This document shows, piece by piece, positions 1 through 10,654 of a DNA stretch of 32,014 nucleotides (the stretch's first letter is position 1; the number at the start of each line of letters is the position of its first letter). This DNA is from Octopus bimaculoides (taxonomy: Eukaryota). Made by a program: the position numbers and the translations under genes. Below the pieces are notes generated by a model. The model was not told where the DNA came from and did not search any database. It was given only the letters and a program-made list of their open reading frames with translations. The stretch is taken from NCBI RefSeq assembly GCF_001194135.2, contig NC_068983.1:57816508-57848521 (forward strand). The letters are read 5' to 3'.

Positions 1-530
1 GGCCGCAGAGATCGACTGTGCCTTTCATCCGGGGGTGGGGGTCGATACAATAAGTACCAGTTGAACATTACTCTTTTATTTGTTTCAGTCATCTGACTGT
101 GGCCATGCTGGAGCACCACCTTTAGTTGAGCAAATCGACCCCAGGACTTATTCTTTGTAAGCCTAGTACTTATTCTATCGATCCCTATTGCCGATCCGCT
201 AAGTTACGAGGACGTAAACACACCGGCATCGGTTGTCAAGCGATGTTGGGGTGACAAACACAGACACATATATATACATAAACATATATACGACAGGCTT
301 CTTTCAGTTTCCGTCTACCAAATCCACTCACAAGGCTTTGGTCGGCCCGAGGCTATAGTAGAAGACACTTGCCCAAGGTGCCACGCAGTGGGACTGAACC
401 CAGAACCATGTGATTGGGAGGCAAGCTACTTACCACACAGGTACTCCTACACCTACATTGTGGATGATGTAATCGATTTACCTCTCCCCGAAACTGCTGG
501 CCCTGTGCCAACATTTGAAACCATTCTTAT
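1..530 (+). mobile_element. tRNA-derived SINE (family A), 3' half, split by a nested SINE at 70-454
   Basis: 1-69 (TGCCTTTCATCC..GTCGATACAATAAGTACCAGTTGAACATT) and 455-530 (GATGTAATCGATTTACC..TTTGAAACCATT) join into the body seen in intact copies at 27330 and 28480. Confidence 0.8.
70..454 (-). mobile_element. tRNA-derived SINE (family B), near full length
   Basis: Minus strand starts AGGTGTAGGAGTACCTGTGTGGTAAG with B-box-like GGGTTCAGTCCC. Internal CA/TA tract. Homologous to 10328-10654 and 18521-18914. Flanked by ACATT at 65-69 and 455-459. Confidence 0.9.
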
Positions 531-858
531 ATTTCTGTTTTTAAAATCTCAAAGATGAAAGGCGGCGCTATTTCTTTCCAAATACGTTACACCTCTTTCT
601 CACCACAAAAGCTCTACAGACAGCAAACAATTTGGTGTGAATGGAAGTCGGAAAAACGAAATCTCCAGCTGAGTTCTGTAAAATTGCTGCAATTGTTTTT
701 TTTGTAGAAACGAAGTTGTTAACACAAAAAGAACAACCACCCACCAAAATCAAACAAGAACAAACAAACAAAACACAATTTGTATTCATTGCTTCCTGAC
801 TGCTCAATCAACTTTTATTTTTTGATGAGTTGCAATGTCTGTCAACAGTGACATGAAA

Positions 859-1252
859 NNNNNNNNNNNNNNNNNNNNNNNNNNNNNNNNNNNNNNNNNN
901 NNNNNNNNNNNNNNNNNNNNNNNNNNNNNNNNNNNNNNNNNNNNNNNNNNNNNNNNNNNNNNNNNNNNNNNNNNNNNNNNNNNNNNNNNNNNNNNNNNNN
1001 NNNNNNNNNNNNNNNNNNNNNNNNNNNNNNNNNNNNNNNNNNNNNNNNNNNNNNNNNNNNNNNNNNNNNNNNNNNNNNNNNNNNNNNNNNNNNNNNNNNN
1101 NNNNNNNNNNNNNNNNNNNNNNNNNNNNNNNNNNNNNNNNNNNNNNNNNNNNNNNNNNNNNNNNNNNNNNNNNNNNNNNNNNNNNNNNNNNNNNNNNNNN
1201 NNNNNNNNNNNNNNNNNNNNNNNNNNNNNNNNNNNNNNNNNNNNNNNNNNNN
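859..1252. other. Assembly gap (N run)
   Basis: Run of N. Confidence 1.
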
Positions 1253-2072
1253 ATATTACATTTAAAATTAAATATTTTGAATGCGTTCTGAAAAGAATTT
1301 CATTGTGTAAACGGTTTTACTTTCTTCCTTGTTGGCAACGGTACAAATCAGTATTTCTTATATTCGATAGCCAGTTTTTTTGTTTTTTTTACCTAATAAA
1401 GAATTAGCAAATAAATGATTACACTCATGAAACGAATGTAATAGCCGATCAGATTAACGCACTTTGATAGCTCACTCTACTCCATGGGGAAAGAAAAGAG
1501 CTTGAAATTTAGTGATTGTTTCCTCCCATGAAAACATTTTATCCAAGGCATTTCGTTTAACCCATAAAGCGCTGGGATTTGCATTTACATAGCATGGACT
1601 GCTGAGCGCATTTTATGAAAATGAGACTATCATGCACACATAAAAAGCAAAAAATAGTTAAAATATCTTCTTAGTAAATAATGGTGGTAAGTTTTACATC
1701 ATCTGAAAAGTCATTAGTTGAACTATTAGTCCTTTTGTATTCTGGGGGTATCGGAGTGTTTGAGTGACATTAGATCCCAACAAACGCCCATACATTAAAT
1801 GCACTTATGTGGGCCACGATCGTAGTCTGTCGACCTCTGCCTGATGGCCACAATCCTGGTTCATCGAGCTTTTTGTCCTCCAAATTCCTTTAGTAAATAA
1901 AGCGATTGTTAGTTTTTGGAAATTACCTAAACTCTACCATGAGTTTGATTTTATCCGCTTTAAAGTTTATAGCCTTATTTAATTTTCAATCTTAAATGGA
2001 TATGAACATTCCTCATGTCGTTCTTAGTCTTCTGCTATCAGCGTATAGACTCCATTCATAGTATGTATGTGT

Positions 2073-2444
2073 ATCATCATCGTCGTTTTAATGTATACTT
2101 TTCTATGCTTTCATGGGTCAGACAAAGCTTATTGAAGCACATCTTCTCCAAGTGAATAACTTACTTGACGCCATCTCTCACCTGTTTCAGAGTAAGGTAA
2201 TATTCCTCGATGCCCTGACATGTTTATGCAGAATACTGGAAATGAATGACACTGCTTGTATGACGGTGATGCTCATTTACAACTACCGCATGATGCTGAG
2301 ACAAAGAGACACACGATCAGCATCTTTCAAAATTCCATCTACCAAGTCAATCACATTTGTTCGAGGTACCACACAGTGGGACTGAACCTGAAATGATGTG
2401 GTTAGGAAATAAACTTCCTCAACCCTACAGCCATGCTTGTGCCT
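2073..2444 (-). mobile_element. SINE family E (family-B-like tRNA head plus RTE-like (GAT)n tail), degenerate
   Basis: Head remnant GTGGGACTGAACC at about 2376 and a CATCATCGTCGTTTTAA end. Homologous to 16902-17320 and 26813-27238. Confidence 0.7.
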
Positions 2445-2451
2445 ACCCGGT

Positions 2452-2452
<1 letters not shown>

Positions 2453-2497
<45 letters not shown>
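2453..2497. repeat. (TA)n microsatellite
   Basis: Direct dinucleotide run. Confidence 0.95.
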
Positions 2498-2501
<4 letters not shown>

Positions 2502-2561
2502 GCAAACACATTTGGCAGAATTTAAATATAACTGTTCAAATCCTGTTGAAGTTAACTTAAT

Positions 2562-2728
2562 AATGGAACGCTAGACTTTCTAGAAACTTCCAGGAGAAAC
2601 TCTAAGCTTCTTGAATAATTAAGAATTACGTCTCATGACACACATGCTTCGAGAAACTTATTAAAGGAAGGTTACTCTAGAATCTTTCTTGCAAGGGAGA
2701 TCATTCAACTATCTAGTTACCGCTACAG
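2562..2728 (+). mobile_element. Dispersed ~170-180 bp repeat, LTR-like; inverted copy at 20456-20635
   Basis: Long matching blocks between the copies (TTCTAGAAACTTCCA, GAGAAACTCTAAGCTTCTTGAATAATTAAGAAT, AATCTTTCTTGCAAGGGAGATCATTCAA). The other copy is bounded by TGTAACA...TTTTACA. No TSD found, so the LTR label is tentative. Confidence 0.6.
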
Positions 2729-2732
2729 TGCA

Positions 2733-2880
2733 CTCTGTAAAGTGGTTTGTGTTAGGAGGGGAACATCCAGCCATAGAAGCCATTCCAAAGCAGATATCAA
2801 AACCTGATGCAGTCTGCTAACTCGTCAGATCCTCTCAGACTGTCCAACCCATGCCAACAATGATTGTGGACATTAAATGA
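2733..2880 (+). mobile_element. Degenerate RTE-type 3' end repeat (family D)
   Basis: GTTAGGAGGGGAACATCCAGCCATAGAA and GTCCAACCCATGCC match 5690-5800. Confidence 0.6.
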
Positions 2881-4594
2881 TAAATTATTTTCTATTCGGA
2901 GGGGTTGCTTTTAAATTCTAAATATTTCGAATACTATAAACATTTTTAATTCATTTATCCATAGTAATTCATGAAACAGAGTTTTTTAAGCAAATATTTG
3001 TGGTATTTTGGTACTTCTCTTGCTGCCTCAATGTTAGAGTGGAAAATATTCGACCAAACCAATGCAAAGTTATGATTCGTTTAGGGGTGGGTGCACTTGC
3101 AATTACTAAGATTTCAGTAATTAAACATGCAGTCAGTAACAATAATCCATTACCTGACACTTATTATCCTTTGTCCCAGGAATAGAAGAATTAAAGACAA
3201 ATCTCGCAAAGCATAGGCATTAAACCTTGGTAATTCTTTCTGTATTAGACAAAATCGATACCTAAGAAATCCTGCGTATTATCTCTCTAGCTAGCTAGCT
3301 CACTAACTAGCCATTCATATCTTTCCAGCTATTCAGCTTCCCCATTTTCTATTCTACCCCCCATCTGTCCATTTTCTTATCCATATTTCTTGCTATCCTT
3401 CTCTCCGTCTACCCATTCATCCATCTATTACTCCATCCATATTTCTGTCTACTCTCCTCATGTCCATCTATCTAAACACGCATTTATTCACTAAAGAGAT
3501 GTGATCCAAATTCTCTTGGTGGTTTATATGCTATCTATATTCCCCAAACTATTTAATTGTCCAAAATTCTTAATATGCAAGTCTCTACTCTTTGTTCTAC
3601 ACAGAATCCAATAATACAATGGCCTATTCAATATTTCTTCCACCTAGTACACATTGCCCTTGCTAAATTTTCTGAATGCTTTGGCTCTTTAATCTTCTTC
3701 GTAAACATGAACCACGCTAATCTTATCTCATTCAACTGCAAAACAAAAAATAATAATAAATACAAACATCATCACTCATTCTCAAATATGACTAACTCTC
3801 AACTAATTCAAACCCTCGCTCCAAATATTTCCCTTTTGAAATTTTGCAGTGATAGGTTGATTAATAGAATAGATTACTTTTATGATGCTAACATTTACAG
3901 ATAATAAATGATAGAGTAGTTAGCTATAACCAACTGCTTCTATTCACTCCACCTCCATCTCCACGATTCTTTCTTTCTTCCTCTGTGCATAGCAGTCTTT
4001 ACTCATTGTCTTCCCCTAAGCCTAATATATGCACTCATCCTGTATCTCTTATGTTAACACTCCTTGGAATATTTTTCTCTCTTCCCCTCACCCCATAAAA
4101 CGTAACTGGAGAACTCGACCTACTAACATTTGTGTTGGCTATTATAAGAGATACAGGAAGTGGTTTTCGAATTACGATTTATGTTTAGTCGTTTGTGAAA
4201 ATTTAGAAACATTAACCAAAGAAAATTCACGAATTAGCTTGCATTTTTAAGCAGACGTCTGTTATTTTCTGTATCGTTTATGTATTTTCTCATTCTTTAT
4301 TCTTTTCGTTTGGCTTTGGTAACTTGAAAATGGTTTTGAAGTTTTCGAAATGAATTATTTCGATAACCTTGCTCTGTAGACGCCCAGTCGAAGACATTTA
4401 ATAACCTTTTTGGTTAAAGACAAAAGGAGAAAATGTTTGAAGCTATCTTAATGCTTCAATAGAAAGTTCTCGCAGCAAAATTGTATATCAAAAATCACAA
4501 GAAAATATTGATCCTTTTGCGTATGTGTGTAAATCGGGCATTTTTCAACAAAGAACTGACTTAAGTTCTGGAGTGGTGCCGTACACTTCATGCC

Positions 4595-4599
<5 letters not shown>

Positions 4600-4648
<49 letters not shown>

Positions 4649-4650
4649 AT
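4600..4650. repeat. (TA)n microsatellite
   Basis: Direct run. Confidence 0.95.
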
Positions 4651-5107
4651 AATTCAGAGAAGTCAGTCATATGTGTTTGGTTATCTGTCAGCAAGGAACT
4701 GAACTGTGCCCTCTTTCCTGTCTTTCAAGAATTGTTTTGAATAATCTAATACAGTGTTGGTGACCTTTAGAACATGTGATCTTCGAGATTTCATTTTGTC
4801 TGTCCACATTAAGGCTGTGTGATTCCATTTACGCTGTATAATTATTGCAGCTGCTTTTTACAATACTGGTAACTGATACCTGCAACAATAAATTAATTTA
4901 AAAACTTGTCCATGTCACGATACCATGTGTATGGAAACTAATTTATTTACCATTAGTTTGGGAGCGAGAATGCAAGCGGTTAAATGCATTGTAAAATGAA
5001 AGGAAAGATATATTTCCTGCTGTAGCAATAGGATTATGGGCCGGAGTTGATGCAATGAATATGAGTCAAAACTAATCCTTCATATATTTATTGTTACATT
5101 AGAAATA

Positions 5108-5351
5108 CAGCAATCCCTCGCCATATCGCAGTTCACCTATCGTACGCTCAGCCAGAAAAATCTGCGATGTACTACTATATGTAAATTTATATCACAGACG
5201 CCACAGTATATCGTGAACTCCTCAATATATCATGGGTTTCTGTGGCCGATGGGTATTTATATTTTTCTAGATTTTAATTTTATTCCGTGGTAAAATAAGC
5301 ATTTTCACGCCTAAAAATAAATAAATAGAAATAGAGTAGAGTACTGCACTG
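5108..5351 (+). mobile_element. Tigger/pogo-like (Tc1-mariner superfamily) MITE remnant
   Basis: TA at 5106-5107 followed by CAGCAATCCCTCG, a Tigger-type terminus. The right end retains only CTG-TA. Confidence 0.45.
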
Positions 5352-5454
5352 TATAACATTAATTAAAAAATATTTTTAAATAATACATATTGTACCGTAG
5401 ATGTGTAAACAAAGAACCACACATGTCGTATGGAAAACGAAACTTGGGAGGTGA

Positions 5455-5824
5455 GTGTGTGGTGGTGCATTGCGTGATCGTTACCAGCGTCGCCTTACTG
5501 GCACTTGTGCCTGTGTTACGTGAACAAAACATTCGAGCGAGGTTGTTGCCAGTGCCGCTGGATTGACTCCTGTACAGGTGGCACGTAAAAAAACACCATT
5601 TGAGCGTGGCCATTGCCAGTACCACCATACTGGCCCTCGTGCCGGTGGCACGTAAAAGCACCCACTACACTCTCGGAGTGGTTGGCATTAGGAAGGGCAT
5701 CCAGCTGTAGAGACTCTGCCAGATCAGATTGGAGACTGGTGCATCCTCCTGGCTTCCCCGACCCCAGTCGAACCGTCCAACCCATGCCAGCATCGAAAAC
5801 GCATGTTAAACGATGATGATGATG
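5455..5824 (+). mobile_element. RTE-type LINE 3' end / non-autonomous derivative (family D) with internal ~66-bp tandem units and (GAT)n tail
   Basis: TTAGGAAGGGCATCCAGCTGTAG...CCAACCCATGCCAGCAT...GTTAAACGATGATGATG. Homologous to 16603-16880 and 30042-30105. Confidence 0.8.
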
Positions 5825-6259
5825 AAGTATGTACAAATTAGAAAAATGCTAAAACAATATATACAGAACTGTTTCTACTTTGTGGAATTTCATCTATTGT
5901 GGGAGGTTTTGGAATGTAACACTCTCGATAGTCAAAGGTTTACTGTACATACCAGATCTAATGACCTTGTAGAGAAAAGAGGAATAATAGAAAGACAGCG
6001 TTCATTTTACAATATCATGTATGTTTATATTTTAGAGAAAGGGAAATTTTTTTGGTACGGCGATAAATGTTGATTTACTGAAATGGTTAGCTAGTGTTAG
6101 GGAACATATTTTGCTGGCAGCCAGGTTATGAAAACAGAATCAGCTGAAATTATTCGCGTGGTTTCATTTGCAGCCATGCGTTGTTGACTATCTTTCAGCT
6201 TTGATTATCGTGTCAATCGCATCTTGCCTCCCGGATTTCTCGTTGGTTGCAGGTCTCCG

Positions 6260-6345
6260 GTTGCGGCTTACTGAAAGTGCCATCTGTTCAAAACTATCTA
6301 CTTTATATCAACAATTATTGGCTGCCAACAAGAAAAGTGATTGGA
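6260..6345 (-). promoter_or_regulatory. Possible Pol II core promoter (two CCAAT boxes, TATAAAG, TCAGT)
   Basis: Plus-strand ATTGG at 6317-6321 and 6340-6344, CTTTATA at 6301-6307, ACTGA at about 6270. Locally CpG-richer, non-repetitive DNA. TATA-to-Inr spacing (~35) is longer than canonical. Confidence 0.2.
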
Positions 6346-6829
6346 TAAGTTTATTTTGACCGATCACATCCACGAATTATTTTGAAGATTTTAAACATTC
6401 CTACTTGTTTACAAAGAAAACAATTGCTCAGATTTTTTCTGAGGTCATTCAAGCAATTTGATGACCAGTTCTAGGGCGTTGATGTCTTGATTTTTTTCAT
6501 GTCATCACTCAATTTAAAACATCCTGCTTTAGAGTTTACTAAATTCACCTAATTGAAAAATAAATCCAGGTTAAATTTAGAGCACAGACTTCCTACATTG
6601 TCATAGTAAATGGAATATACTTCTTGACATGGTTCTTAACCCGAGAGAGAAATGAGACTTGGAAGTATGGTTTAGGAATTTGAAGTCGCAGTCTTAGATA
6701 TGGAGAAGTATACGACTTCAGATAGGTGCAGAACATTACCGGATTATTATAACATCAAGATTTCCAAATCGTAAATAGAATATACAATTTCGAGAAAATT
6801 GAGTTGATGAAAAATGGAAGTGTACGGAG

Positions 6830-6930
6830 ATAGGCAGGATTTGAACTTAGAACGTAAAATGCCGAACAAAAAGAAATATTGCAAAGCTTTTAGTCCAGCG
6901 CTTTCATGATTCTGTCAATTCACCGCGTTA
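6830..6930 (-). mobile_element. SINE family A, 5' half, degenerate
   Basis: GCAGGATTTGAACTTAGAACGTAAA...GATTCTGTCAATTCACCGC is the reverse complement of the family A head. Confidence 0.6.
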
Positions 6931-7495
6931 TTTTCTGTTTGTGATCGTATTTATTCTATTTTTACTTTTAAATGCTTTTTTTTTCTTAGTTCAAATTGCT
7001 TATTGCACATTTGGCAGTAACTCGAGTGGTATTCATTATATTGTATTATACTCCGTTTCTTATTTACATAATAAATGTATTTTTAAAATTCTATAAACAG
7101 AAAACATTCAATAATGACATCTTAAATTCGTAGTTGCTTTTATTTGGGAAGTTTATTGTAATTCGTTTGGAAACATTTATAAAAGATGTCTTTTTTTCTT
7201 TAAAAAATGGCAGAACATGCTGAATTTGATTCTTTGATTTAGACAAAAAAAAAAGCTTTCAACATAATCTGGGAATATAGAATGCTAAAAGAACATTATG
7301 ACATACTGTTGCAAAGCAAAAAAAAAAAAGTCCTTTTCATATCAACATTTTTATAAAAGATAGAATTAGGGACTTCTTTAATTCTTTTGAATGATAACAT
7401 AAGTAATGTTAGAAGAGAAACCTATTATATCTTATTCCGTTTGACATGAAAATAAATATCAATTGTGTGTATTCATGCATATAAATGTTTTCAAT

Positions 7496-7499
<4 letters not shown>

Positions 7500-7533
<34 letters not shown>

Positions 7534-7600
7534 ATTGTGTACCTATCTATTTACCTACCTATCTATCTATCTATCTCCATCCATCAATCCATGCATCCCA
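7500..7600. repeat. (CT)n followed by (CTAT/CCAT)n microsatellites
   Basis: Direct runs. Confidence 0.9.
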
Positions 7601-8089
7601 CAAGGAACTACGCCCATAAATCTTTAGCAGATCTAAGACCAAACTGACGTTGGACAAAAGGTTGAACGCTTAAAGAGGTCACGGACGACGAATGCACACA
7701 CACACACACACACACAAACAGTTGCGCTGGTGTGCACACACTCACACAAACACCTCATTTACTCTCGTCTTTATCTTCTCTTCTAAACAAACCCGTCTAC
7801 ATACGCACATGCAGGCATACATACACAAAGGCATAAGACTTAGGGCAGACTTTGAAGAGAGAGAGAGAGAGAAATCATTGAAGAAGGGGTGAATAGTGAT
7901 GAAAGGACTTTGACTAACGAACAACCGATTGATTTTTAATCAGCTCATTAAACAAACGAGCGATTAGATGATTGATTAGATATTTAACCAATTGTCTAGC
8001 AATGAAGTGATGTTGAACCAGTGCGTGTGTTATTGGCATAATGACCCTCTGATGACACAAGATATCTATGCATAATAAATGCTTTTACT

Positions 8090-8195
8090 AGAAGAGTAAC
8101 AGTGACTTTGAAGTTTCGGGTAGCTAACCTTCAACAGAAAGTCCGAAGAAGGCTAGTAGGCCGAATATTCGAAGCTACTGTCACCATTCTTCTTG
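8090..8195. ncRNA. Imperfect ~105-bp inverted repeat with two degenerate, oppositely oriented hammerhead-like cores
   Basis: Minus 8142-8105 reads ACTTT-CTGTTGA-AGGTTAGCTACCC-GAAAC-TTC-AAAGT (perfect 5-bp stem I). Plus 8143-8174 reads CCGAAGA-AGGC-TAGTAG-GCC-GAATA-TTC-GAAG. Confidence 0.45.
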
Positions 8196-8316
8196 TAGAG
8201 GTTTAATAAATTATGTAATCTACAAAAAAAAATTAACTGATATATTGGCGGGGTGAATTTTGTGTTTTAGTTAGATTAATGTGTTTCTTCATTTACACAA
8301 CATGCAACTTTGATTT

Positions 8317-8368
8317 TATTACTATTCTCTATTACTATTCTCTATTACTATTCTCTATTACTATTCTC
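8317..8368 (+). repeat. 13-bp minisatellite, four perfect copies (TATTACTATTCTC)
   Basis: Units at 8317, 8330, 8343 and 8356. Confidence 0.95.
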
Positions 8369-8843
8369 TCCTTGATTTTGTTGCGTAAATCGGGATTGTT
8401 TATTATTTTGTAGATAAATAGGGATTATTTCTAACCGCCAAAAATCTGAATCTTCTTCATATATTATACTATTATTGACTAATAACACGAAACAGTATGA
8501 TAAAAAAAAATAGCCACAATTTCATAGCTTGTTCAATCAAATCCTGACGTTCCCCCAGAATGCTACAGACTTCTTTTCTCCATAATCCTCATTCACTTTC
8601 CTGAAAATGTTAACAATTCTGACTATCGATGTAAATAATTATTATATTTGAATAATATTTATGTTAGAAACAAAATTCAATTTAACCTTATATATGTTTT
8701 GCCCTTTCTACTTCAATTTCTCCTTGTTTTACTTCTCTGATAAACACGACATTTTTCAGTTTTCATACAAGTTCCTTTCATATCATTAAGTTTTTAAGTA
8801 TATTTTCCATCACAATAATTGAAAGTTGACGAACAAATATTAT

Positions 8844-9114
8844 AAACACACACATCACGCACACACTCACACATACACATATATACATATATACAAACAC
8901 ACACATATATATACGTATATACACACACATACATATACACACACATATATATATACACACACATATATATGCACATGTATATACACATACATATAAGTAC
9001 ACATATATATACACACAAGCACATATATGTATATACACACATATGTACATACACATATATATATACATATATACATACATATATACATACATATACACAT
9101 ACATATATACATAC

Positions 9115-9149
<35 letters not shown>

Positions 9150-9350
9150 TATACACACACATACATACACATATACATACATATATATACACATACATAT
9201 ATATATATACATACACATATATACCTATATATGCACATATATATATATATATACACACACACACATATATATATAATGTCAATCTGTATGTAGATGTATG
9301 AGTGTGTTTATACATATTTGTGCGTGGTTATATACACACACACGCACAAT
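8844..9350. repeat. Compound (TA)n/(CA)n/(TACA)n microsatellite, ~500 bp
   Basis: Low-complexity alternating purine-pyrimidine tract; source of the spurious Y/I/C/V/H/T ORFs. Confidence 0.95.
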
Positions 9351-9681
9351 GTATTTATGTCATCTCTATAGTGTTGCCATATTGCACACTTTCGTGACAA
9401 AAGTAATTTCTATGTTGCGTAAAGAAAGAACATTGTATAGTATATATTACCATAATACAGCTAGAATACTTAGCAATCGCTTCACTCAAAAAAGGTGAAC
9501 ACTTTTATTTACCACAATGAAAATTGAAAATACGCTGTATCAGTCTATATTTTAGATGTATTTAATTTTGTCGCTTTAGAGTAGGAAACGTCACTTCATT
9601 TATCCTCTTTCTGTGTAACTTACAATATTTGAAACCACTGTAGATAGTCAAAAGGAGACAAGGGTTTAAAAGTTTTCATCT

Positions 9682-9715
9682 CCGCTGATGAACATGGGTA
9701 GCATATGAAACTTCG
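9682..9715 (+). ncRNA. Degenerate minimal type I hammerhead ribozyme-like motif
   Basis: CCG-CTGATGA-ACATG-GGTAG-CATAT-GAAAC-TT-CG. Both core boxes are intact, stem II pairs 4 of 5, and stems I and III are weak. Confidence 0.5.
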
Positions 9716-9826
9716 TATGAAGCAATCAGATATTTAGTATATTTTCTACTAATAGATCGTATTGATTTTCAGTATAATTGTGTAAATGTTCACATATCTA
9801 AATAGCTTTATTATTATTATTATTAT

Positions 9827-10147
9827 TGGTTAGAGCATCGAGCTTACGATCCTGGGGTTGTGAGTTCGAATCCCGGACCGGGATGCGTGTTGCCTTCTTG
9901 AGCAAGACACTTTATTTCACGTTGCTCTAGTTCACTCAGCTGTAGAAATAAGTTGCGATGTCACAGGTGCCAAGCTGTATCCCCCTTTGCCTTTTCCTTG
10001 GATAACACTGGTGGCGTGGAGAGGGGAGTCCGGTATGCATGGGTGACTGCTGGTCTTCCATAAAAAACCATGCCCGGACTTATTCCTGGGAGGGCAACTT
10101 TCTAGGTGCAATCTTAAGGTCAGTAATAACCGAAGGGAGTCTCAGCA
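9827..10147 (+). mobile_element. tRNA-derived SINE (family F), slightly 5'-truncated
   Basis: Starts inside the A box (TGGTTAGAGC), B box GAGTTCGAATCC at 9862-9873, then TTGAGCAAGACACTTT. Flanked on both sides by (ATT)n. Confidence 0.85.
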
Positions 10148-10148
<1 letters not shown>

Positions 10149-10239
<91 letters not shown>

Positions 10240-10247
10240 TTGTTGTT
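10149..10247. repeat. (ATT)n-(GTT)n compound microsatellite
   Basis: Direct run; source of the poly-Leu ORF. Confidence 0.95.
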
Positions 10248-10327
10248 TTGTTACAATGTAAAAAGCATTCAAGATAAAATCATGTTATGCGTTGCAACGA
10301 TACAGCATTGTACGCGTTACATATAGT

Positions 10328-10654
10328 ATAGGTGCAGGTGTGTGTGGTAAGAAGTTTGCTCCGTGGTCACATGGTTCCCAGTTCAGTCCCACTATGTGGA
10401 ATCTTGGCCAATTGTATTCTATATGCTCGGGCCAACCGAAGCCTTGTGAGTGGATTAGGTAGACGAATACTGAAAGAATCACGTTGTGTGTGTGTTTACG
10501 CCCCCGTGATATAGCGGTTCAGCAAAAGTGAGTGATAGAATAATTTCCAGGCTGTACAAAATATAAGTACTGGGGGCAATTCGTTTGACAAGAATTCTTC
10601 AATGCTCTGCCCCAGCGTGGCCGCAGTCTAATGGTTGAAGCAAGTAAAAGATAA
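10328..10654 (+). mobile_element. SINE family B, diverged
   Basis: ATAGGTGCAGG..TGTGGTAAG head, CAGTTCAGTCCC, GCCTTGTGAGTGGATT, tail CCAGCGTGGCCGCAGTC. Reverse-complement homology to 70-454. Confidence 0.85.

Noticed and set aside
568-807. 79-aa minus-strand ORF with a hydrophobic N-terminus
   Set aside because: The hydrophobic stretch derives from a low-complexity (A/C)-rich tract, and there is no recognisable domain or splice support.
835-1407. Long ORFs over N-runs (also 21840-22959, 25050-25871, 29572-30219, 31054-31365)
   Set aside because: They are open only because N codons contain no stops.
1557-1813. TTAA-CCC start with a partial inverse at 1801-1813 (possible piggyBac MITE)
   Set aside because: The right end lacks TTAA, the TIR match is short, and there is no second copy in the window.
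8049-8075. CTGATGA at 8049
   Set aside because: No stem II and no downstream GAAA, so not a hammerhead.
8317-8368. Possible CRISPR-like array (also the ~66-bp units at 5482-5662)
   Set aside because: No unique spacers and no cas genes in a eukaryotic context; these are simple tandem repeats.
8778-9315. Multiple overlapping ORFs up to 173 aa
   Set aside because: Translations of a TA/CA microsatellite; open in many frames on both strands.
10039-10326. Poly-Leu ORFs (also 10789-11190)
   Set aside because: Produced by (ATT/GTT)n and (AAT)n tracts plus SINE or retroelement sequence.
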